A DNA stretch of 64,000 bases from Octopus sinensis (lineage: Eukaryota). Below the pieces are notes generated by a model that worked only from the letters and a program-made list of their open reading frames with translations, ran no database searches and had not been told where the DNA came from. A program made the translations under genes and the position numbers. Numbering within the stretch: position 1 is the first letter of the stretch; each line of letters opens with the position of its first letter. Location of the stretch: the NCBI RefSeq assembly GCF_006345805.1, contig NC_043001.1:47306001-47370000 (forward strand). Reading direction: 5' to 3'. This document shows positions 36,588 through 50,461 of this stretch, one piece after another.

Positions 36588-37385
36588 CACAGGGTGCGAT
36601 GATAATTTGTCGCCATTTTATATTTTTAATTTTTTGTTTTTGATTTTGTCGACTACACAGTATAGTTGGGTCAGTTGGGTGGGCACCGTCTGTGAGAAAA
36701 CAGCACTATGACGCAATTCACTCTGCCAGAAATTTGGAAACGATATGCTGTATTGCTTGGCATTTGTGCCAGAAGATCCAATACGAACATTTCAGAGGGT
36801 TTGGGTGTCAATCTGAAGATTGTGCGACCTGAGGACATGTACCAAGGTTGATAAAAATCAAACATTCCAACAACATCATGGTGTTTGGAGTGATCAATAG
36901 TGATGGCGATGTTATGCTTCCATTCATCTTCCCACACGGCCTCAGACTCAACACGGAGACCTACATCAAGCGCCTGGCGGACGTAGTGCTACTCTGGGTC
37001 AAGCGGGAGGCTGCTGGAAGACCCTATGTCTGGCAATAGGACTCTGCGCCATGCCATACAAGCAAGAGAACTCAGTCAAGGCTGTCAGACAATTTCTGCG
37101 ACCACATCACCCCTAACATCTGGCCACCTAACTCCCCAGAATGCAACTCCTTTGATTATTATGTGTGGGGCACAGTTAAACGAGAGATCAACAAAACTCC
37201 TTGTAACACCAAAGATAAACTGAAGGCAAGGATTAGATTATAGCAGTATTCACCAACTTAAACAAGAAGACCGCTCAGAAGAGTTACAGGAGATTCCGAA
37301 GTCGTCTGGAGGCCGTGGTTGAAGCCAATGGTGATTTTATTGAATAAATTTACTCGATAGTATTTCAAGATATTTTTAAGTAATT
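36588..37385 (+). mobile_element. Tc1/mariner relic, DD37D (maT-like), internally deleted
   Basis: IMVFGVI..WQ*DSAPCH..WPPNSPECNSFDYYVWG; 37 residues between the second and third catalytic D; left end CAGGGTG; right TIR not seen. Confidence 0.75.
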
Positions 37386-37405
37386 TTGGTAATTACATCT
37401 GTTAA

Positions 37406-37745
37406 AATGTGGTACAAAGACACTCTGAAAAGTAACCTCAAGTGGAGCGGCATTAGATCACGCGAACTAGAAGCCTCTGCCGCAGACAGAGCAGCGTGGA
37501 GGTCTCTTACCTCACGAGCAGCAGCAGCCTTCAAAGAGGACCGGCAACAGCATTTCGATGTTGCAAGAGAAAGGCGTCACAGGACAGCATTCGCCTCAAT
37601 CCAGAGAACAGAATATCGCCGTGACATCTGTGGGCGCATGTATGTTCTTCCAGCTTTGGACAGCGGAGTCATATGCGCTCTCACTGCTGAGAACACAGAC
37701 TTTGTCATCATCGGACACCGATAGACTACCTACCAATGTAAGACG
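37406..37745 (+). mobile_element. RTE(BovB-like) LINE 3' fragment
   Basis: YKDTLKSNLK..A.DRAAWRSL..ARERRH followed by a degenerate C2H2-like DICGR..S.G.RSHMRSH. Confidence 0.7.
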
Positions 37746-39012
37746 GTAGCCTCATACTTTTCTTATCTTCTCCTCTCATTATATCATAACCTTAATACCC
37801 TTCACTACCCGCAACCTGGTGGTATCCTTATGTAATATTCGTTTCCAATACCTCAAATACGATTTGGAATATATTCATATGTCCTCAACTAATCCTCTTA
37901 CTGGTTGGTCTATCGCTTGAATCAGTATAACCGATAGTTTAGCCTTTGGTGACCTACTGCCGATCATTTTTGCTTCTTATCATCTTCTTCCTTTCCAGTC
38001 TCTCTTTTCCTTGCAATTCTGCTTTTCAAACAGTTGAATTAATAAACCTACCCTTTCTGATACATGAATTTAACTAACAACCAAACTTACTAATTAACTA
38101 ACTGTTTTCTTACTGTTTTACTTACCCTTTCGGAAAGCATGAATTTTTTTGTTGCTGTTGTTTTTAGAGTTCTGTAATAGAGAGGGGGAAGTGAGCATGA
38201 TCTTTTGTAGCTATAGTGACAACGATGAATTTCTTTCGGTCTTATTACATCTCATCAGTGAAACATAGTGAACGTACTCCACTTTGTGACCTGGTAATAT
38301 ATGTTTTCTACAGTATTTAATATACTGCTTTGTTCAGCTTCCACAAAACGTAGGTTTCTATTGCTTGCAGGCTAAGTATGTGAGTGAGTGTATATTCGTG
38401 TTGCATTCGTAGGCTGTATCGACCTTCGTACTCGTCTCAAAGGGTGTGAATCTATCTACAACATTGTTTGCGGTAATTTCTATTTATCAGAACAGTCGCG
38501 AATTTCACTGCAACAAAACATTTACATCGGCTTACGGACTTACCCCGCTGTCTCCTTTCCACCATACATAAATACACTAGGCTTGTCATGGGACACTTTG
38601 GCACACAATAAAAAGGGAACTCGTTCGTTGGTTTTCCGTCACAACATTCCTCGAATAATCGTTCTACAAATGTCATTCATTAGAAATTAATGAACTTTTG
38701 CTCTCCTTCCATATTTTACCTACTTACGCGCCCTCTCTCCTTCCTTTTTTGCTCTCTCTTTCTCTCTTTCACACTCTTTCTTTTCCACAAATAAATAAAT
38801 GCATATATATTTATATTCACGCGAGAGCATTGACATACATATAAAATATTCGTGTTATGTGCTTATGTGTACATATATGTGTGTAGGTGTGCATTTGTAC
38901 ATACATTCATATATACATATGTCTATACATTATGTCTATACATACATGTATAATACACACTCATACATACACACACATGAATAGATAGATTGATATCTAT
39001 CTATCTATCTAT

Positions 39013-39076
<64 letters not shown>

Positions 39077-39916
39077 CGGGAAGCTTTATGAAAATAAACA
39101 AAAGACGAAGGCAGGTGGAATACAAACAAACAATTGTATTAGTATGGCGCTCAGGAATATAAATAAAACAAGTCTTTATATGTACATATGTCTAAATATA
39201 TAAACGTGAATTATGTATGTATGTTCTAAGTTGTACGCCATAGTCTCGCACGCAGGCAAGCAACTGAAATTTTGCGCAGTGGTACATCTGTGCAAGAAAA
39301 TGGTCATGCCCCATGTTGACGTTTGTTGAGAATTCCCTTTATTTCAACCTGGAAGAAACACTTTAAATAATAATATTCCCACATGAACTGCCACAGGCTT
39401 GGACCACAAGGTTTGGGAAAAAAAAACTCGTTTACACTAATTATTTAAATTAGTGTTAAAAAAAAAAAAATGAGCACCCATTGCCATAATAACCAACGGT
39501 CAAGACGTTCAAGAGTTTCCAGATGGAAAGAAGATCGTACCATTTTTTTCAAGCAGTGTTTTCTGAATACAATGATTTCACACGGATGTATGTGTATATT
39601 TTAGTCATAAAATCTTCAATGGATTAGATGGAGCAGAGGCCTTTAAAGATACATACTGATTCAAGTCCAACATTTTAGAAAGCATATTTAAACTAGCTGT
39701 GAAAAGAAGTCCCGTGCTTAAATCACAGGTTTTTCAGTAGGTTGGCACAAGGATTAAAAAGACAGATCCAGTCTCAATAATTACACATCAGGATACGCTG
39801 ATATCCTTCTTCCACGCCGCCGAAATGAGCAGCGTGGAGTTACTAAAAATTATATCAAACTTCACGGCCCCCACTCCAATCTCTTTGTCTGCCTGATTCT
39901 CATTTTATTTCTGTAG

Positions 39917-39976
<60 letters not shown>

Positions 39977-40240
39977 ATATAAACACACACGGACAGACGT
40001 GTGTACATTATATATGCACACATACATATTTACTCACACAAACACGTGTGTGTGTGTTTGTTACCCACCGGCTCGTCAACCAGTGCTAGTGTGTTTACGT
40101 CGCTGTAAGCTATCTGTTTGCCAAAGGAGACCGACAGAATGAGTGCCAGGCTTACACAAACAAACAAAATAAGTACTGGGGTCGATACATCAAGGCGGTG
40201 TCCAAGCATAGCCGTAATCTGACTGAAAGACGTAAAAGCA

Positions 40241-40359
<119 letters not shown>

Positions 40360-40450
40360 ATATATATATATAACATATGATCTCTTGAGCACCACCAGCA
40401 AAAATATTTTTTTCCTCTGTCTTCTCTTCTTGGGATCTTTCCTTCTCCTT

Positions 40451-40517
40451 GTTTCCGACGAAGAGCTCTGCTCGAAACGTTAAACCCTCCTAACCTTCTT
40501 TCCTGAGCGTCAAATAA
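40451..40517 (+). ncRNA. Type-I hammerhead-like motif, CCGACGA core
   Basis: GTTT-CCGACGA-A-GAGC tct GCTC-GAAA-CG-TT-AAAC (minimal, GUU) or the extended form closing at AGCG-TC-AAATAA (GUC). Confidence 0.6.
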
Positions 40518-40579
40518 TACTTTAATTGTTCCACGTCCTCGCGTTGCTGTTTTTTTCTGTGTTTTCTTGTTTGGATTAA

Positions 40580-40596
<17 letters not shown>

Positions 40597-40619
<23 letters not shown>

Positions 40620-42116
40620 TAATGAAAAATTAGAGAGGTGAACTCTTTTCAAGAAACAACAGCGTAGGGTAGATTTATTTAATAGAAAGAGACAAATTTC
40701 AAGGTCAATAATAATCGTCATCAAAGTCGACACACATCTAAACACAGTGGGTATGTAGAAGCTATTATAAATATGTGGAACATGTAACATATAAAAACAT
40801 ATACATACATATAACAGTGTAATTCCGTGCCCAAATCAAAGTCGGATAAATAATTGCATTAATACATTCTGACAAATATAAAAGTCTAAAGGTGATGAGA
40901 TGACAGTTCACAATAATCCAAAAGAGAAGACCTCGAATGAATCCAATAAACACGAAAGACTCTTACGGCCGTTTCTGGGAATGTGCCAAGAAGTGTGTAG
41001 GTAAATCCTTTTGAAGTTCAAATATCCTATATATATGTATATAAATATTCCGCAACGAATCACTTTTAGATCAATTGACCATTTAATATCCTACTACTAT
41101 CCTACCATCCTGCATTCTCTTATTATTCTGTCTCTTTCTTCTTCTGCGTCTTCTTCTTCCTCTCCGCCACCTCCTTCCTTACTTTACTACTATTGCTGTT
41201 TAGAATAAAACCTACGCAAATATTATAAACAATACATTCAAAAGAGATATCTCAATAATTCAATCACTACAACCATCCACAACAAGTCACTTTCAGGGCA
41301 CTTGACCATTTAACACCCTACTACTCTCATTTAATTTTTCCAAGATTTAATTGTTTTCCATACTTACAGCTGAAAAAGTCTCAATGATTGAAACCGGTAC
41401 TGAAATGTTATTTATAAAATTATTTTAGCATGTGTCTATGTATGCGTGTGTGTCAGTGTGTGAGTATGTGAGTGTTTTTGTGTGTGTATGACATTAGATC
41501 CACTTACCAAGGATGGACTTATACATACATAAAGTTGCATTTGTTTGACAATTTAATCCGAGACCGAGTGCCGGAACTGAAACATTTTCAACGCTGTACA
41601 ACCATAATAAACCTAAATAATAAACACAACCATAATACACACGCGCGCGCGCGCACACACAACACACAGACACACACACACATACACACATTCACAGGCT
41701 GTAAACTTTTATGTCCTTATGTTTACGTTTGTTCAATTTTGTAATATACTATAAAGTGTCAAAAATTTTACGTCGTACTTATTACGTCACTGAGAGAGTA
41801 TTATGCTCTGCATCCGTTACGAGATAATAGCTGGCCTTTTATTATAAGTCCTGGCTGAGATTTTAGTATTAGTGCTTTTCCAATTTTGCTTATTCATTTA
41901 TTATATTTAATAATGCTCTTTTATTTAATAATGATTATTTTGTCTTTGTTTATTTTCAACCAGCTTAATGACTTTCTATGTTATCTAGTTACTCCTTACC
42001 GATGTCCACTGGCGCCAGACAACGGTCTTTGGTTTTGCACAGGAAATAGGCTGTGTATGATTGTAAGTGTATGTGTGTCTTTGTGTGTGTGTGTACATAT
42101 ATAGACACACACACAT

Positions 42117-42149
<33 letters not shown>

Positions 42150-42270
42150 GGAATATACTCTCTCACATACATACATACAAACATACATACAGATAGATAG
42201 ATATATACACATGCATGCATACTCCATAGCAAAACACGAAAGCATATATAAATGTGAGTGTGTGTCCGTG

Positions 42271-42324
<54 letters not shown>

Positions 42325-42656
42325 TTTGCGTGTGTATATGTATACATATACACACACATATATGCATATATATATACATACATAGACGAATATGTGCCAA
42401 CGTGCATGCACGGCAATATGTACACTAGCACGCACATATATATACGTGCATTACACCCGCAAGACATGCATATCATAGCTTCTAAAACTCCCTCTTCCAA
42501 TACCCAATTTTATCCTTATTCCTTATTTATAGCAACGCATTTAGCGAAACATGTGTGTACATATAGATAACGATATACTACAACGAGGTTAACTGATTCG
42601 TTTATCGGACCAAGATCTCGACGGACGAGTCATTGCGCCCATCATATCGTCACACG

Positions 42657-42729
<73 letters not shown>

Positions 42730-43758
42730 TTTAAATGTCTTTTAGTTCATTTGTTCAGAGGTGCGGAACGGGTGGTGGACGGTTACTATTTTGGAGCTGT
42801 TTTTTTTTTGTTTTCTTTACATCTGTTTTTAGAAACATTAGATAGACTTAAGTTCTTTATGACAATCCTCCAACGTATGTGACATCTTCATAATGAATGC
42901 CATCTAGCGAAGGAGGGGGAGGGGGCCCTCCACGGAGCCTCCCGACATACTAGAAATAGTACTCATATTTTCCTTATGTCTTTTACCACGTATTACAAAC
43001 TAAAAAAAGAAGGGATATTAGATATTAGATATTAAATATATTACGTGGATCTAAATCCGTTGCCCTACAAACCCATTGTCAGAAAGAATCACAGCAATAC
43101 CTCCAATTTATAATAGGCCTAAGTCAGTGATTCACAACTATTTGATTACTATTTCGTTCTGGGGGACTGCCACAACCATTCAATATTTAAAAGCTTATGT
43201 TATAGAAACTTCTTTCAAAATTCTTATTTTGTTTTTCACGCATTAACTTGTGTAGGCTGAACTATGGAAGACACTAGAGAAAGAAACCTAGCTGTTCCCT
43301 GCAGCATATAGCGATATATACACATCTAAAGCAAGATTATTTCGAGGGATCCCTAAAATACTATTGTGGAACTCCAATCGATTATTTTGTTGCATGGACC
43401 CCACCCAAAAGTCTTATATGCACCCTCAGGGGTCATATGGACTTCGGCTGAGAACCACTGGTCTAAGTGACCAACAATGGGACTAAACAACAATAATAGC
43501 AATAGTCGTTCTAGGTTTCACTACCATTACAATGATAACCATCACCGCTACTATACAATGTTTGTTATTAAAATAAAATTGCCTTTAATGTAAATTATTT
43601 TATTTGTTGATGTCGTTCTCTGCACTTAATGATACAATTTCCTGTACAACAGATTTCTTAAAGCATGAACCTACGTGCTATTAATACAGCAAGAATACAT
43701 TACAATCATCGTCGTCGTCGTAATCATCATCATCACCACTACCACCACTACCACCACG

Positions 43759-43797
<39 letters not shown>

Positions 43798-44790
43798 AGC
43801 TACATTATCTTAATCAAATCAGAAAAGAAATTTGCACGCGTTTTCAAGTGCCTATCTGTATGTAATATACATTTGTACATACATACATGCGTATATATAT
43901 AAATATATACCTAGACAATACACACACACAATCATACATACATACACGCACAGATATATGTATGTATGAGCAGATACATTTATACACATACATAAACGTA
44001 ATTACTGTGTATATGTACGGTATAAGACAATTAAGACAAAAAAAGACGGTTTGAACGATGAAGTGATGTTAACGATGAGCTATTTTCTTCTGTCCACATA
44101 TTTGCTAAGTTAATTACTCCAAGAATGTTTTAAATTCAATTGTAAAATTCCATTTATATATAAACATATGCATATATACATGTTTCCTTTCTCTTCTCCA
44201 CAGGATAATTATTTTTGTGAAACTATGTGTTGAAACAGAGAATGTTGTACTTTTGATAGGTTATTCTGAAAACGTGTACTGGTTACAGTCTCTTTAATTA
44301 ATTTATCGATTTATTGATTGAATCATAAAAATCTTGTATCACGGAACTATGGCTTTTCAGTGATTTCCTCAAAACTATATTTGCTTCTTTAGTGTCTGGT
44401 ATTATTCCAACGTATTTCAGTGTGAATGTGTGTTGTTTTTGTTTTCATTCGCATCTTACACACATCGTTAATTATGTCGTAATATATTAGATTACACTGC
44501 CTGGCATTATGATCTTTGTTATTATTCTTATTATAATATTCTTTTTGTCTAAGCGTGTGTTGGTCGAGAGTTGTCCTTTCTTTTGAGAGAGTGATGAGTT
44601 TGGCTTCTGTTCCTAATATGTGTACTGACTCGGTGACCTGTCCTATCGTTGGATTGTTTGGAGTGCGATAAAGATTTATATTATTACATTGTTTATTGAC
44701 ATTTCATTTTTATTTGTGGAATGCTACTAGAGTAAAATGCTGGGTTCATATTGATTTTTACATCTGTACTACGATCTATTTATCCTATAT
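40597..44790. repeat. Copy A of a ~4-kb diverged local direct duplication
   Basis: Collinear blocks match 49734-54290 (e.g. 41700-41960 vs 50471-50730; 42390-43170 vs 51300-51990; 43960-44790 vs 53415-54270). Confidence 0.85.
41366..41404 (+). ncRNA. Minimal hammerhead-like motif with core substitution (CTGAAAA)
   Basis: CAG-CTGAAAA-AGTC tcaat GATT-GAAA-CCGG-TA-CTG; palindromic stem III ACCGGT; G8 replaced by A. Confidence 0.45.
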
Positions 44791-44835
44791 AGTAGTGGTG
44801 GTGGTGGTGGTATAGTAGTAGTAGTAGTAGTATGC

Positions 44836-45050
44836 AGGCGGCGAACAGACAGAATCGTTAGCACAGCGAACAAAACGTTTGTGGCATTTCGTCTGTCATC
44901 ACGTTCTGAGTTCAAATGATGCTAATGTCGTCTTTGCCTTACATCCTTTCGGGGGCCGAAAATAAGTGCCAAGTAAGTATTAGGATCGATGTAATTGAGT
45001 AGCCGCCCGCTTCCTCACAAATTTCAGGCCTTGTGCCTATTGTAGAAAGT
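44836..45050 (+). mobile_element. SINE family B, diverged
   Basis: GGCGGCGAACAGACAGAATCGTTAGCAC..GAGTTCAAAT..CTTTGCCTTACATCCTTTCGGGG. Confidence 0.65.
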
Positions 45051-45460
45051 TATTATTAGTATTAATATTTGTTACGGATGTCGGTCAGACTCGTTAAAGG
45101 AAGTATTTTTCATTTCGGAGTTTATTTCACACTGGGACTATTACGGAAGGTCTACCCCCACCTGTGTGTAGCAACAGTAACAGCAATAACAACAACACAA
45201 TCATCACTTGAAATCTTCCGTCAAATAGTTCTGTACTCATTCCCTGTATCTTCCATTGAAATGTTTATTTTGCTCGAGAAATGATGGTGCCTGATGGAAA
45301 GTGATAAACACATGGAAAGTATAAGCATATGCTTACTATAAATATTATTAAATGTGTGTGTATGTGTGTGAGTGTGAGTGTGTGCGCGCACGTGTGCGTA
45401 TCTGTATGCTTGTACATACATACATACATACATACATACATACATGCATACATACATACA

Positions 45461-45492
<32 letters not shown>

Positions 45493-45954
45493 ATACATGC
45501 ATACATACATACATAGATATAGTTATATAGGATTCATAGAGAATCAAGGCACCTCAGCAGGTAACACGCCACCGATTGGCTGGAAAGAATCACGCAGAGA
45601 AGACAGTGAAGTAACCTATTATCAGTTTATAAGCAGCGATGAAGAGTGTTTACTTGTAATTTGTCATTCCAATCGTTTACCAGCAATAATACTAAGAAAC
45701 AAATGAATAGTTTTAAATTTTGCTACAATTATTTCGCTGAGAATCTTTGTTTAATGTAAGCATAATACAATATTATGGATTACTTTATGCATTACGTAAA
45801 TTCTCATTGTACTTATTCATTATTTAAAACATTTAATATCTACTATATAAGTAAGAACATTATGTAACAACTGTAAACGATTGGAATAGACATCTCTTCT
45901 TTCACATCACTTCTTTTATCTGTTCTTTCTCTCTCTATGTACATTATATATATA

Positions 45955-45992
<38 letters not shown>

Positions 45993-46173
45993 AAAGGGCT
46001 TAGTAAAATAAATTACTTTGCCGCATACTGAACTCATTAGAAATAGCAGCTAAAAAACTTTTTTAAGGCTATTTCTAATACTTAAAGAAAATCTCTCTCA
46101 TATATAGTGTTTGCATAATTTACTCACAAAAGTTTGGGGGTAATGACATCGAAAATCAAATGCTAAGGTTATT

Positions 46174-46225
46174 CGAGAACGTACGTTTCAAGATTAGTCA
46201 AAACAACATTTCTATCATCGGCTCG
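46174..46225 (-). ncRNA. Minimal type-I hammerhead-like motif, CCGATGA core
   Basis: Reverse complement: CGAG-CCGATGA-(stem II, 25 nt)-GAAA-CGTACG-TT-CTCG; palindromic stem III ACGTACGT; lies in a ~450-bp island between (TA)n tracts. Confidence 0.6.
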
Positions 46226-47289
46226 GAAATTCCTTGGTTTGGATTTGGAAACACTGAAAATAAGAACATACCCTCTCGAAGATCTGCTCCCAACTAACAG
46301 TGTCAACAAATTCAAAATAAGCAAGCGAAGAATCTCTGTTCTCCCCTTTCCACCAGCGTGGGTTAAAATCATCAAACTCTATGCTTATTTCGGTAAAGTC
46401 CGAAGCATTAATCAGTCCGAAGCATTATATATATATATATATATTATATATATATATATAATAAATATATATATAAATATATATATATAATGGGTAATAA
46501 TGTGCAGTACAGGCGTGGAATATAGTCACCAAGTAGTCTGCTGGGAGACCAGATATTTAAACTCCAACTCCTTCATCAAGATGGAGTAGTCCAGAGATAG
46601 AAGAGTTGGTGAGAAGAACGGTCGAAATCGAGCCTACATCGGAGAATGACGGACAAACAATAACAGGTATCAGGAATGTATTAATATGAAAAATTACACG
46701 ATGTAAGATGGATATGTCTTTACACCTGATTCAAATTTTGGGTAAATGGTTGATATAACAATGCATATTATGCAAGCAGGTGCAGTATTACCCATAAACA
46801 TAAAAGTAACTATAGTATCAACTTGAATGAATTTTGACGACTGAAGGTCTCTATGTGGCAGATTTCCAACATTTTCTTTAGAAGATAAAGGCCAATTGTG
46901 TGAACAGAGCCACAATATGCATAACACTACCTCTGTTCACATATTTGCACAGTTTTCTGTAAAGAATATCGTGAATTTGTGCTAGTTCATACTATTTTTG
47001 CCTCAGTTTTGCATCTGCTTGCATAATATGTATTGTGTTATCAATGATGCACAGATTATTTGAAACAGCTGTAAAGATAAGACTTACTTACATCATGTAA
47101 AGTGAACATGCAATTTTGTATAAAATTAAACTCTTTACACGTGTTACTGTTTGTCCGTTATTCTTCTCTCTGTGAATGTAATATATATACATGAATATAT
47201 GCACACACACATCCTTACATATATGTGTCTGCGTGTGTTTATATATATACATGCATGTGATATAATGTGCGTGAGTGTGTGTGTGTGTA

Positions 47290-47320
<31 letters not shown>

Positions 47321-47999
47321 CTGCTGTTTTTAGCAGGTTCTTCCACCTGCAAGAAATAACAATTATACAGTTTATGCAGAAAGAACACATTACGCACGTT
47401 ATATAATATAGATTGGGGGATATATTATGCATGAAACAGACACATAACTAGAAGATTTTTATGTCTGAGAAGCCTTTAACCGTAAGGTCAGCTGGATCAG
47501 GGCTTAGCAACAACCACAACAACAAGAGCAACAAGTGAACATCTTGCAATAATTACAGATATATCACATTGATAATGATTTATCACATTTCAGTGACACG
47601 TTTGGAATACATTCAAAATCTCACAGAATCACTATAATACAGTACCTCATTAGCTTGGCCTTTTTTACCCTCAGAATTGGTTGACAGATGGTGTACATTT
47701 GAATAAAGTTATACAAATATATAACACCTACGTTATGATGCAACTGACGGTAAGAGATTAAAAGTCAAGCAAGTGCATTGTCAGTTTTCCGTTGCTAGCG
47801 TTTTCGGGCATGGCTTAGGCGCAGGCATGGCTGTGTGATTAGGAAGTTCGCTTCACAGAGACGTGGTGTCGGATACAGTTCCATTGCACGGCGCCTTGGG
47901 TAAGTGTCTTCTACTATACCACCGAACATACTACTGTCTTGTATGCTAATTTAGTAGACGGAAACTGCGGAAGTAAGTTGTGAACACACACATAAACAC

Positions 48000-48325
48000 A
48001 CTATGAAGGTGCGTGGCTAAGTGGTAAGGGTATTCGTTCGACGATCTTAAGGTTGGGAGTTCGATACCTCACGGTGTATTGTGTCCTTGAGAAAGACACT
48101 TTATTTCACGTTGCTCTAGTCCATTCAGCTGGTAAAAATGAGTTGTAGCTATATTTTAAAGGGACAACTTTGTCACATTACGTGTCACGCTGAATCTCCC
48201 TGAGAGCTACATTAAATATACGCGTGTTTATGGAGTGCTCAGCTATTTTCACATTAATTTTACGAACAGACTGTTCCGTAGATCGGATCAAATGAAACAC
48301 TCGCTGTCGTAACCAACGGAATGCC
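48000..48325 (+). mobile_element. Diverged tRNA-SINE (family C-like head, family D-like tail)
   Basis: GTGGCTAAGTGGTAAGGG..GAGTTCGATAC head; TGTCACGCTGAATCTCCC..GTAACCAACGGA tail matches the reverse complement of 34520-34670. Confidence 0.55.
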
Positions 48326-48948
48326 AGTTAGTCATAGGCACACTCAGACACACATATTTATTATTTTTAATCGACAAAAAGTTACAAAACCGTTACACTT
48401 TATAAAGTACCATGCACGAAATCTCGGCCTCTGGCACATTTGTGAAAGTTTCTGCTGAACAACAATAACAACAACAATGATGATGATGATAATTTCTATT
48501 ACAGACACAAGGCCTAAAATTCCAGGGAGGTGGGGCCAGTCAATTACATTGAACCCAGTGCTCAACTGCTACTTTTTTCATCGATCCCGAAAAGGTGAAA
48601 GGCAAAGTAACCTCCGCGGTATTTGATAATGTATGATAAGTTATGTATGTAAGTGTGTGATTGTGTGTGTATGTGTGTGTGTGTGTGGACGTATGAACCT
48701 ACTTTGGACGGTATGTACAATTATTTGGACTTATCCCCCCCCCGTGTATTGTATTGAAGAAGGAAGACGGCTTATTTTATTTTATTATTATTATTATTAT
48801 TATTTTTGCTTTAATCCAGAAATTGGACCAATTCACAATTAACGTGTATATTTATCTGGAGTTTTTGGTAGTTTCTTCAAGGTGTCAGCACTTCAAGCAT
48901 GCTGAAGAGAAGTCGTTTTGCCCTTGCTCCTTTGATATATATATATAT

Positions 48949-48995
<47 letters not shown>

Positions 48996-49029
48996 GAGAA
49001 ATAATGTATAGACTAAAGTGTATATATAT

Positions 49030-49410
49030 TGGGTCACCTCATAAATAATGCGGTTTTATACACTTCTTTATTTTTGAAAATTAAAATAAACAAAATTCTT
49101 TTTTTAATCTAAAATATACTCTCCATCTATCTAGTGGACTTGCAAGGCACGTCTTCCAAAATTCACTTGTTCGTGACGAAAAATAACTTCTCCAGAACTG
49201 TTCAGACTTCGTCTACAGAATTCATATATTTTCCGTCCAAATGATTTTTGAAGACTGCAAAATAGATTATAGTTAGATGGAGCAATGTCTCGCGAATATG
49301 GTAGGTGGGGCATCATTTGCCATTCAAACTGCTTTTCGAATGTCAACCTCATGGCATGTAACCGAGAATTATCCTAATGGAAGAACACCTTTCGTCTTGA
49401 AACCAAAGAT
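49030..49410 (-). mobile_element. mariner relic (C-terminal transposase + terminus)
   Basis: Minus strand VFFH*DNSRLH..MPHLPYSRDIAPSNYNLF (HDNARPH / YSPDLAPSDY-like). Confidence 0.7.
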
Positions 49411-50152
49411 GGTAGTTTTTCTTCTAGCGCTAACTTAAGCCGCTCAGGCAACTTGCAGTAGATCTCCTTTGTTATTGTTTGCTTTGGGTTTAAAAGTGGA
49501 CTAAACCTTTCATACCCCACTAAAAAAATAACAATAGCTTAGCCTAGGGTGCCGGTGTTTCTCCTTTCCCTACCCACCGTCCTTCACTATTCGGCCCAAA
49601 AAAGGTTCATTCGTGAGACGTGACAGCAAAGAAGAGCACACATTCACTCTGCACGCGATTAGACAAGGAAAGTTTGTAAGGAACCTATTGACCTAATTTG
49701 CTGACTTTTCCAATGGCATATGTGTATACATGTAGGTAATTAAAAGTCGAAGAGGTGAACACTTTTGAAGAAACAACAGCATAGGGCTCAATTTATTGAG
49801 CAATTAGACTAAAGTATTAATTAGAAAGAGACAAATTTGATGGTCAATAATAATCGTCATCAAAGTCGACACACATCTAAACACAGAGGGTATATAAAAG
49901 CCATTATAAATATGTGAACATATGACATATAAAAACATATACATACATATAACAGTGTAATTCCCTGCCCAAATCAAAGTCGGATAACTAATTGCATTAA
50001 TACATACTGACAAATCAAAAAGTCTCCAGCTGATGAGATGGCAGTTCACAATAATCCTAATAAATACGAAAGAATCTTACGGCCGTTTCTGGGAATGCGC
50101 CAAGGAGTGTGTAGGTAAATCCTTTTGGACTTCAATAATCACATATATGTGC

Positions 50153-50253
<101 letters not shown>

Positions 50254-50427
50254 GTGTGTGTATGTATGTATGTATGTATATGTGTGTGTATGTGTATGGC
50301 ACTAAATCCGCTTACCAGGGATGGACTTATATTTACATAAAGTTGCATTTGTTTGACAAAGTGCTGAAGCTAAAACAATTACAACGCTGTACAACCATAA
50401 TAAACCTAAAACGCACTTACAAGCACG

Positions 50428-50461
<34 letters not shown>

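Noticed and set aside
38452-38700. Minus-strand exon ending in GGG|GTAAGT (~38543)
   Set aside because: Strong donor only; no acceptor, start or homology to support it.
46545-46585. Minus-strand TTGATGAAGGAG.. hammerhead candidate
   Set aside because: No GAAA and no stem III.
50030-50090. CTGATGA..GAAAGAATCTTA hammerhead candidate (paralog ~40890-40970)
   Set aside because: Stems I and II do not pair, and the paralog has GTGATGA; at best a very old relic.
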